Assembly: GCA_051362555.1 (NCBI GenBank)
Contig: CM120642.1
Coordinates: 29,698,001 to 29,762,000, forward strand
Reading direction: 5' to 3'
DNA length: 64,000 nt
Source: Lingula anatina
Taxonomy: Eukaryota > Animalia > Brachiopoda
A program made the position numbers and the translations under genes. The notes under the pieces are model-generated. The model was not told the origin of the DNA. It saw only the letters and a list, made by a program, of their open reading frames with translations, and searched no databases. Positions 54,012 to 64,000 of the stretch are shown here, piece after piece (the stretch's first letter is position 1; every line of letters begins with the position of its first letter).

Positions 54012-54075
54012 ATATATATCCTCGGCGAAAAAACTTTGAGATAGTCTTCATATATTAGCATTAACTTCGTTGATA

Positions 54076-54330
54076 ATGACAGCATTGCCAATGACTAGTC
54101 TAGTCCTAACAACCTGTACTAATGAAGAATATGCACTTCCTAATAATGGGACAGATCTTAATTGCACGGAAATTTTGTACGATCTTTCAAAGACAAATGC
54201 CCGTCTGTGTGAAGCAACAGATTTGTCTTTCTTTTCGCTTACGTCTAATAGGCCGCCCAGTGGTGTTCGTGATGGGGTTACTAGCGAATGCGTGTGCCAT
54301 CTGCGTGCTCAACAGACCTCCCTTACACAA
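54076..54330 (+). pseudogene. GPCR N-terminal fragment (GPCR5-type)
   Basis: MTALPMTS..NCTEILYDLSKTNARLCEAT, then a 10-nt deletion frameshift, then TM1 (RLIGRPVVFVMGLLANACAICVL). Truncated and fused to a copy of the GPCR3 upstream region (41885-42403). Confidence 0.88.
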
Positions 54331-54851
54331 ATAGAACCTAATAACCCTTGGTTTATCAAACGTAATAACTTAGTATGGAATTTATGGGTTTGCTAACAAC
54401 CGGTGGCCAAACATAAACTATAATGCTGTGATAGCTGATTCAGCTGGTTTGCTACTTCCAGCCACTAAGTTTACGCATCGCAAATAGAGGGGAGCAAATG
54501 AATGATATTTCGATGTAGAAAACATAAATATATCCGGCATAAATATATATATGAGTTTGAGAGACATACAGTATATAAGCATTTACGTCGTAGCGTCTAC
54601 ACATTACCATTATACCCATTTCATTCAATAGGAGAGACAAATGTCGTGGTAATAATATATTTCAACAGCTCAGCAAAATATAGTACGTATGGACTTTCAT
54701 AGGAAGTACATCTCTGCACAACTTGAGTTGCCGTCATCTGGACAATCTCTGAAGTTCCTGCATGTAACAGATACATGTAACATGTATATGTACCTGTAAC
54801 AGAAATTTTCATAACGTTATGTGTAACTCGGCAAAAATATAACCATTGATA

Positions 54852-56300
54852 ATGACAGCATTCCCAATGACTAGTGAAATTTATGAACTTGACAATCCCA
54901 AACTTCCAGTCCTAACGACGTACACTTATGGAGAGTATGCAATTAGTACCAACGAGACAGATCTCAATTGCACGGAAATCTTGTACGATCTTTCAATGAC
55001 AAATGTCCGTCTATGTGAAGCAACAGAAAATTGGTTGATTTGTCTTTCTTTTCGCTTACGTCTAATAGGCCGCCCAGTGGTGTACGTGTTGGGGTTACTA
55101 GCAAATGTGTGTGCCATTTGCGTGCTCAACAGACCCTCCTTACGCAAGAACACTACATGCATATTTCTTATTGGAGTTGCAGTGGCAGACATGTTCGTAT
55201 TGGTCATCGGATTTGTCTTCTGGGCTGAGTACGAACTACGCGATAGTCACGCCATGTCGGCTAATCCTTACGTGTGTAAATTAACTTTATTTATACTTTA
55301 TACTGCCCCCGAAATAAGTGCACTCTTACTAGTAATTATGAGTGCAGAGAGACTGATGAAAATCCGTTACCCGCATCGTTGGTCACCATATTCCAATCCT
55401 CGTACTGCGAAAATAGCAGTTCTACTCGTTAGTGGTGTGGCCATTGCGATTAACGGTCATATTTTCTTTGCCGACGTGTACTTTTCTATTTGCGGTTTTG
55501 ACATTTGCTGGAATACCTATCACGACAGCGTGGATTTACTTGTCAACCATACTGACGGCGTGACGTACTTCTTTGCATACGTCAACAGATGGATCTCACT
55601 TGCTTTGTACTGGATTGTGCCACTTCTTAGCCTTCCTGTTATCAATGGGTTTATAATATGGTCAATACGAAAAAGAGAGAAACAACTTAAACATATGCGT
55701 AACTGTAATAATAAATCCGGCCATTCTCAAGGACAAATAACCAAAATGTTACTACTTGTTACTTTTGCCTTTTTGATCATGGTGTCAGGTTTGAATTTCG
55801 TTCAAACAGGAATAGTAAATATAAGTGATATTGATGATATTGATGCAAGTGCGACATACACCGTTTTCTATTCTATCTTTATTTTATTATTCTACCTGAA
55901 CCATGCCTCAAATTTCTTTCTGTATTGCCTGAGCGCACACCGTTACCGCCAGGAACTAAAAAATACGATAAGAATCGTTCTAGGACGATTTGGCTGTCAC
56001 CGCAAAACCGTCATTCCGGCAAACACAGGGGATCATGGTCATTCGAATCGCATAGCACAGGAACAATCTAGCTCCAGATTTGAAGACAATAATGAAGAAA
56101 GTTTTGATCCAGGTGTTTTTAAATCCAGCAAGTTGGTCAGATACGGGAGCAGTCGGACTCAGACCAGTGCTCTTGATAACGCCAACACGAAGGATTGTCC
56201 TGGTGTCATACAAAGTTTAAGTATGTCGCAGGTTTCCGCTGTCTTCTCCACAACTGATGATGCCGAAACATTAGAAAACGTGTCATCCACACATATGTAA
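54852..56300 (+). CDS. Intronless class A orphan GPCR, GPCR4 (482 aa from first ATG)
   Basis: Single ORF, close paralog of GPCR3 with the same motifs, ending SSTHM. Confidence 0.92.
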   Translation: MTAFPMTSEIYELDNPKLPVLTTYTYGEYAISTNETDLNCTEILYDLSMTNVRLCEATENWLICLSFRLRLIGRPVVYVLGLLANVCAICVLNRPSLRKNTTCIFLIGVAVADMFVLVIGFVFWAEYELRDSHAMSANPYVCKLTLFILYTAPEISALLLVIMSAERLMKIRYPHRWSPYSNPRTAKIAVLLVSGVAIAINGHIFFADVYFSICGFDICWNTYHDSVDLLVNHTDGVTYFFAYVNRWISLALYWIVPLLSLPVINGFIIWSIRKREKQLKHMRNCNNKSGHSQGQITKMLLLVTFAFLIMVSGLNFVQTGIVNISDIDDIDASATYTVFYSIFILLFYLNHASNFFLYCLSAHRYRQELKNTIRIVLGRFGCHRKTVIPANTGDHGHSNRIAQEQSSSRFEDNNEESFDPGVFKSSKLVRYGSSRTQTSALDNANTKDCPGVIQSLSMSQVSAVFSTTDDAETLENVSSTHM

Positions 56301-57849
56301 TATAACGCTCATGATGTTAAGGGCCTGCTGCTTAACATGAATTTTTTAACAAGAGGATACTGTGCTCAGTATTCTTGTGTAAGCCCATTTTAAACATGAT
56401 ATATTGTAGAATGTTAAGGTATGATGTTTCCTCACAAAGGCTCAGTATCATAGAGGCCTAACCAGCTGTTTTAAGGATAAGAACTGTTGGTATGAGATTC
56501 ATATTTCACAGTGAAAGCGGTTATCGACTTTATTCTGGAATCTGTGCTTGCCATTAGACCAAGTGGACGTTCATAGAGGGCTACCCTCCGTTATAATCTC
56601 TTCAGAGATAATTTTGAAAACCAAACTTAAAAAAAGCATGAACTAACTCTGAATGTCGGAACGGATTCATTTACCATATTTAAGTATGGGAAAATTGACG
56701 TCTACCCCAGGAAAGCCCGTTGTTTGGCCAAAACGAACAATACAATGAAATGACTTAATTACTATTAAATGTAATTTATTTTAATAAATGTATTATACCT
56801 TTAAACAAAATAGAAATATATAAGATATGAAAGAATTCCATTCGCCACATATCTTTGAAGGCCAGTTTTCTTCTGAGGTATCCATTAATATTTGTGAGTG
56901 TTCATGGAAATAACATCTTTGCAGATCTATTTTACTATGGCCCATAGGAGCCTACGCGTGCGTCTTTTAGACGCCTCTTTACATGCGAAAACGACATGCA
57001 CCGTGTCTATTTCGTATGTTATTAAGTCCTCTAGCAGCGGAATTGACAAGGCCCATGTCGCATTCGTCTATTACTACAGAGCTTTGAGACCCAAAAAATG
57101 ACATGGCTGTGTCTGATCGCCACTTACTGAACTCCATAGATGCGAGATTGACACGACCCATGTCGCGTTCGTCTCTTACTGTGGATTTTTGAGCTTCAAA
57201 AGCTACAATCCTGTGCCGTCGTCTTGGTTCATATGTTTTTCACGGAGTTTTGAGCACCTAGTTACAGATTTTCATTTAACATTGAAGCTGTTTCTAGGGA
57301 AACCGTTCAACAATTTGAAACGGATGCATCTCCTATTCATTAAAAAAACAGTAGAAATGCTATGAAAAAAGCATTTAAATTTTCCTTTCTGTGAAAAAAT
57401 AATTAATAATTTCTATTGTCTCATTTTGGGGTTTATATATAATGTATAGGAAATAACTACAATGGAATAACAATGACAAAAATGCTTTTGATTTTTGGTC
57501 AGAGATTTATAGAGGGCACCGTATCTTGAAAAAATAGGTAACCACAGCTTGTGCCCAGAAACCCCTTTGGTCATGTTTCCAATGTATAATTAATGCTGGT
57601 AAAACAACACTTGCAAAGAGAGAATGGTGTTGTGTTTTATTAATAAACCTTAATGGGGTTTTATTGTTCTATGTAAGGTTTATAAATTGGAACACCTTAG
57701 TATAAAATTGATTTGCTTGCTAATCCCCGGTGACAAAAAAGTAAACGATCGTGTTGTGGCAGTTGATCAAGATATTTCCCGGCGTCCTCCAGGCTAGTTT
57801 GTTTTAACTCTATCAGCAATGACAGCCATCGAGTTTACGCACTGCAAAG

Positions 57850-57907
<58 letters not shown>

Positions 57908-58525
57908 CAAAAATATTTTGAGTCTACCTATATCAGCATTAACGACGTAGTGTTTACACATCTTCCATTTCATTCAGATCATTCAATGGTCGAGACAATC
58001 TATTTTCAACTGCTCAGCAAATATCACAGATGGATTTCCAAATGAAATATGTCTCTGTGCAACTTGAATTGCCGTCATCTGGACAATCTCTAAAGTTCCT
58101 GCATGTAACAAATACATGTAGAAACTCTTGTGACGATATGTATTACTCGGCACAAATCCGTGGGTTTGAATGAAATAGGTAACCACAGCTTGTGTTCAGT
58201 AAACCCTTTGATCATGTTTGCAATGTATAATTAATGCTGGTAAAACAACATTTAAAAATAGAGAAAGGTGTCGTGTTTTATCAATAAACCTTCATGGAGT
58301 TTTATTATTCTATGTAAGGTTTATCAGTTGAAATTGATTTGCTTGCTAAACCCCAGTAACAAAAAATAAACGATAGTGATGTGACAGTTGAATAAGATGT
58401 TACTGAGTTAACGCACTGCAAACAGAGGAGGCAACTGTGTCGATGTTGAAATAGAATATATATATATATCCTCGGCGAAAAAACTTTGAGATAGTCTTTA
58501 TATATAAACATTAACTTCGTTGATA

Positions 58526-59974
58526 ATGACAGCATTGCCAATGACTAGTGAAATTTATGAACTGGACAGTTCCAATCTTCCATTCCTAACAACGTACATT
58601 AATGAAGAATATGCAGTACCTACCAATGGGACGGATGTTAATTGCAAGGACATTTTGTACGATCTTTCAAAGACAAATGCCCGTCTGTGTGAAGCAACAG
58701 GAAATTGGTTGATTTGTCTTTCTTTTCGCTTACGTCTAATAGGCCGCCCAGTGGTGTACGTGTTGGGGTTACTAGCGAATACGTGTGCCATCTGCGTGCT
58801 CAACAGACCTTCCTTACGCAAAAACACTACATGTATATTTCTTATTGGAGTTGCAGTGGCAGACATGTTCGTATTGGTCATCGGATTTGTCTTCTGGGCT
58901 GAGTACGAACTACGCAATAGTAACGCCATGTCGGCTAATCCTTACGTGTGTAAATTAACTTTATTTACAGTTTATACTGCCCCCGAAATAAGTGCACTCT
59001 TACTGGTGATAATGAGTGCAGAGAGATTAATGAAAATCAGGTACCCGCTTCGTTGGTCACCATATTCCAATCCTCGTACTGCGAAGAAAGTCGTTCTACT
59101 TGTCAGTGGTGTGGCTATTGCGATTAACGGTCATATTTTCTTTGCCGATGTATACTTTTCTATATGCGGTTTTGACATTTGCTGGAATACCTATCACGAC
59201 AGCGTGAATATACTTGTCAACCATACTGACGGCGTGACGTACTTCTTTGCATACGTCAACAGATGGATCTCACTTGCTTTGTACTGGATTGTGCCACTTC
59301 TTAGCCTTCCTGCTATTAACGGATATATTATATGGTCAGTACGGAAAAGAGAGAGAAAACTAAAACACATGTGCTACTATAGCAAAAAATCCGGTCATTC
59401 TCAAGGACAAATAACCAAAATGTTACTTCTTGTGACTTTTGCATTTTTGATCATGGTATCAGGTTTGAATTTTATTCAAAGCGGAATTATAAACATAAGT
59501 TATATTTATGATATTGATGCAAGTGCGACATTCACCGTTTTCTACTCTATCTTTATTTTATTATTCTACCTGAACCATGCCTCAAATTTCTTTCTGTATT
59601 GTCTTAGCGGACATCGCTTCCGCCAGGAGCTAAAAGATACAATAAGAATTGTTCTAGAACGATTTGGCTGTGAGCTAAAAACCACCATTCCGGCAAACAC
59701 AGGGGATCATGGTCATTTGAATCACATGGCACAGGACCAATCTAGAATCAAATTGGCAACCAACATTTACAAACGTTTTGCTCCGGGGGTGTTTAGACCC
59801 AACATGTCTATTGCATTCGGAAGCACTAGCACTAAGGCGAGTGCTCTTCGTAATGCCAGCACACAGGACACTACGGGTGACGTACAAAGGTTAAGTGTTT
59901 CACAGGTTACCGCTAACTGTCCCACAGCTGATGATGCTGGTCTATCTGAAACCGTGTTTTCCACACACATGTAA
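58526..59974 (+). CDS. Intronless class A orphan GPCR, GPCR5 (482 aa from first ATG)
   Basis: Single ORF, paralog of GPCR3/4 with a more divergent N-terminus and C-tail, ending FSTHM. Confidence 0.92.
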   Translation: MTALPMTSEIYELDSSNLPFLTTYINEEYAVPTNGTDVNCKDILYDLSKTNARLCEATGNWLICLSFRLRLIGRPVVYVLGLLANTCAICVLNRPSLRKNTTCIFLIGVAVADMFVLVIGFVFWAEYELRNSNAMSANPYVCKLTLFTVYTAPEISALLLVIMSAERLMKIRYPLRWSPYSNPRTAKKVVLLVSGVAIAINGHIFFADVYFSICGFDICWNTYHDSVNILVNHTDGVTYFFAYVNRWISLALYWIVPLLSLPAINGYIIWSVRKRERKLKHMCYYSKKSGHSQGQITKMLLLVTFAFLIMVSGLNFIQSGIINISYIYDIDASATFTVFYSIFILLFYLNHASNFFLYCLSGHRFRQELKDTIRIVLERFGCELKTTIPANTGDHGHLNHMAQDQSRIKLATNIYKRFAPGVFRPNMSIAFGSTSTKASALRNASTQDTTGDVQRLSVSQVTANCPTADDAGLSETVFSTHM

Positions 59975-62593
59975 TATAACACGCTTTGTGCTACGGAACT
60001 GTAGCTTTACTCTTACACTGAGGATACTGTGCACAATATTCTTGTGTAATCAAATGTAAGCGTCACATCTTGTAAAATGTTAGAACAATCTGATTTCTGG
60101 AAATGACGTTGGTGTATTCCATCTTTTATTTATTTATTTATAGCGCAGTGGTCTGTTGATTTTGCTCACTTTGTGAAGAAGTAATAATAAGCAATTGTCA
60201 CTAGCACAGTAAGAATAAATTAAATTGCAATGGTAATAATAAGAATATGTCTACTTTTGTAACTAAAAGTTGGTTTGTTCATTCACTAAAAGAGAGTGAT
60301 AAAAGTAGCCCAAACAACTTTGGAAATTGGTCACTAAAACATAAATGAGTCATTCTTTACTCAAGATATTAAATCCATCAGCTTCTTGAAAGGCGTTCAA
60401 AGCAACTTATAATGTGTTCACTTATATTTGTACCTCCGCCTTTGCAGATCTATTTAGCGTTTGTGAGTTTTCGAACATAAATTCTCGCCTGCTTTGTAAA
60501 GATAATGAAACTGCCGTTTGTAGGGTCTCTTGCAAGGCTTTTCCCAGACAGCCGTCCAGCCGTCATCTGAATGCCTATTGGCCTCAAAATACGGCCTATA
60601 TTTTTGACGAAGCTGGCTAACACTGCACGCCCATTGTCTGTACCCTAAATTTTGTTAGGTGTAATAAAAATCATTCAGGGGCAAAAACTGTCTGAACGCA
60701 TGCCAGACTTTACAGCGTCGTCCTTCCCTCCTAAAGTCTGAACAGAGAGTTAACCAACTTTTTCACTTCAAAAAAGGTGGTAGCATACGTTTTGCTATAT
60801 CCTGCTACAAGTCAAGCGAAAATTGAACGTTTTTTTTTTTTTTGTTTTGTTTTTTAAATTATATCCTTTGGATTTGCTTCTTTACAAAGAATGTTCGTCC
60901 TTAATATATCATTTCAGTTAGGGAAACGATGCTTTGAATAATAATAATAATTATAATTTTAATAATAATAATAACTAGAAAGCACTCAGAGATCAAATAC
61001 CTCCACCTAGAAAGTATAAACAAATGTCTATACTTCGATCAAATCAGTAAATGAGAATGATTGCGCGTTAATAGCTTTAACTATTTCACACACTAAAAAT
61101 TAAGATACAAGTATACAGTTTAAAACGATTATGGGACCCTGTATGCAAACTTTTTGGCACAAATAAACAAACATTTGCCAAGGAAGTGTTAAGGTCCGTG
61201 TTTCGTAAAGACCGAAGTTGAAGTATCTAAGACAAAATTGTACAGGAGCTCGCACAAAAAGGGAGCTTGCGATCATGTTAAAAATTGTTAGATGATGTCG
61301 TCTATTCGACGGTTTTGGAAACGTTAGGAATGTGTGCTCACCACCCGCCCCGAAGGCGCACATAAATGAAAAACTGTTGGAAAAACTTTGCTTTCCTATA
61401 ATGTGTTTTCATTATGGATGCATCTCCCACACACTTTTTGCACATTTGACAGATTGCTGTGTGATCTCCCAGTGTCTGCCCAATTAAAAATTCACAAGCT
61501 CGCCGCCACCGTGGGGACGAACAATAAACTTCTAGTTTCTAGACTGTTCACATGGTTGCACACTCACTCAGTCGCATTTGCTATTCAAAGGAAACAAATG
61601 TTTAATGGAATAGGTTGTCGAATATTTCTTCACGCCTCCATGATTATCGGGTGACTGGAAAAATCGTTAGTAGTTATTAGTGGTATTTCTTCATTTCGGA
61701 GGAGATATACAATTTATAACACTAAATATGCTAGCAGAGCAAAAGATTTCCTCCTACACTGTGGGCGCTGCAAAGCTGACAGTCTGGACTATAATGAACG
61801 ATAAAAGATGCAATAAACTGTGACATGTACAAAATGCAATTTACTGTAACAAACATTTAGAAAATATAAAGACAAAGAATGGTAATTTCTAACTTATATA
61901 AACTGTTACATATTTCAAGGTTCAATAACTTCAAAAGTATACAAGCTTTAAAATTTAAATTTCGCACACAATTTTATTGCACTGTCGTGCGTCAACCCTG
62001 AAAGTGTTTTTAAAATTAAAGTTTTTTAAAGTTTCATTAATTAAAATTATTAAAGTGAAGCATTTTTAATATTATCATCAAGTAAACAACATATTGACAG
62101 GTGCCGTTACTGCCAGACACTGGCACTTGTCAGAAGCTACATAAGCCGCCATGGCACTTTATGCTTAAGATTTCAATTTTTTCGGTGTGCCTAGCTAAAC
62201 CAAGAGAGGAAGAGTCGTTAAATTTTCAGCATTTATTAAAAACGTCATCTTCCTCAAATGTCTCCAATTTCATCGCAATATTTTCAAAACTGTTTCTGGT
62301 TTTATTACTCTTTTCAGCCATCATTTTTCTATGTCGGCTGCAGGTGCTAATAGGGAGTATGGAATAGGACCACAAAGCTTTTTGTTGGGCAAAGCTACTC
62401 CACCGCCTCTATCCGTCACCCATACCTATGGATGGTTCTTGAAACAAGGAAGCGAAAAAAACTGTGTAAAAATGCTACAATGGTTGCTCCTATTAGTCTC
62501 AACTGTCGCATCAGGATCAACGACTTCACTGACTAAGGTCTTTTATTTGCAGCAAATTATATTATTGCCATTTCCAGATCGACTGAAATTGAG

Positions 62594-62625
<32 letters not shown>

Positions 62626-64000
62626 GTATACTGTATGTTTTAAGGACAGTTTTTACGCTATCTGTAATTATTTTTTCTGTTGAACATGTGAAATTTGTTC
62701 TGGTTATAGAACTGAAGCTTTGATAAACTGAAAAGATACTTTCAAACAATGTGTTCCGGAATGAATAAGTTCATATGTATTTCATTACAACTGGTTAATA
62801 CCACCATGATGGTTTCACTTATATGTTAAAGAGGGATCTTTATTCTTCCACGAGTTAACTTCATTGAAATCCTTATCTCTAATCCTCCATGATTCACCGT
62901 GACTTGTAAAAAGTAGAACAAATAGATACGGAAGCAGGGCTGTATGTGTTGCTATGGTCCTCTCTACTAGACTCGACTGAGAAATATCGTCAATCCCATG
63001 CATAAATTCTTGCTGGACCTCGATGATTTGATACCAGATGGAATCAAATTATTTCTACCCCGGATAAATCCTTATGCCTTCACACATCTGGCAACTCCAA
63101 GTCTTTACTTCATACAGGTAGGTCTTCCGTCTCCACGCATTTCAGATGACAGTGGCAAAAGCTTATTGCTCACTCGATCATGACTGCAAATGGATAGAAA
63201 AGGCGCTTTAGGCAGTGGTCATCTCACAAGCAGCCAGGACCTCTGCTTAGAGCGTCATTTCTACATATATATAAATTTCATCAAGTTCGCAATGAAGGTT
63301 TTTTCACATGAACATCTCGATAAAATTCGATTTTGAGATGAGTTTGACCACAATTAATTTGCATACTACAGTCTTATTGCTTGTAATGTTTGTAAAGCTC
63401 TTATTTCTGTTGCAGATTGAAGGTATTCATCAGATTCGCAGGGAAGGCTTTGTATATATGAATACCTCGCTCAAGTTTGATTTCCGAATGTTTCAGCTTC
63501 GACGAATTTGTTTACCGTGCTAAGATCCTTGATATGCACTTTGAGCACGCGACACATTTGCCTTGCAGAATTCTCTGTCAGCCCCCAAATCAGTAGTTCT
63601 TTAATTGGCTCATATCGTTTGGACGAGAAAGACATTAACACAGGATTTGCAAAATCAGTTAATGCCATTTGACTAATGCAATGCACAAAAGGGACGCCAA
63701 CCCATTTTATTTCATTCTAACGCAATAGACAGATGAAAAGTGTGTAGACTTCTGGAATTAATAGAGTAGTACATGTATGTACGTATACGTATCATGGTTT
63801 TTTATACATTTTACCAGAAGGATCTGTTTGATGAAACTATTATGTTCCTGATAGATCAATAGGAGCCATTAACCCGATTATTTGTTGGATCTTCCGTCGC
63901 TTCTTGAAAAAGGTAACCATAGCTTGTGCCAATGCAGTAACCCCTTTCATCATGTTTGCAATGTATAATTAATGCTGGTAAAACAACACTTAAATAGAGA

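Noticed and set aside
56525-57277. Insertion with short internal repeats (CCCATGTCGC.TTCGTCT)
   Set aside because: Probably a transposon fragment, but no termini or coding signal support a call.
33796-59982. Antisense ORFs overlapping the GPCR genes (e.g. 33796-34074, 42484-42765, 58555-58929)
   Set aside because: Shadow ORFs of the hydrophobic coding strand with no independent evidence.
1-64000. CRISPR arrays, rRNA, tRNA or prokaryotic operons
   Set aside because: None seen. The sequence is spliceosomal-intron-containing eukaryotic DNA, and its repeats are microsatellites, MITEs or segmental duplications.

Overview
AT-rich, intron-containing animal genomic DNA; a marine lophotrochozoan-type invertebrate is my inference from composition and gene families, not a determination. 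Two tandem kynurenine aminotransferase (KYAT3/CCBL2-like) genes lie on + (copy A 7745-24471, 13 coding exons, with a mitochondrial-leader exon; copy B 27157-33255, 12 coding exons, leader exon disabled), plus a one-exon remnant of a third copy. Each KYAT copy is followed tail-to-tail by a minus-strand class A GPCR: a small remnant after A, and intact two-exon receptors with signal peptides after B and after the third remnant. The right half is a birth-and-death array of related intronless plus-strand GPCRs (three intact, three fragments) inside segmental duplications. Also present: several MITEs, a LINE 3' end, a ~3.6 kb TIR element, a decayed antisense multi-exon gene in a KYAT intron, a decayed LRR-like remnant and microsatellites. 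The most notable structure is the repeatedly co-duplicated KYAT + orphan GPCR module. All alignments and translations were done by eye; no database searches were run.
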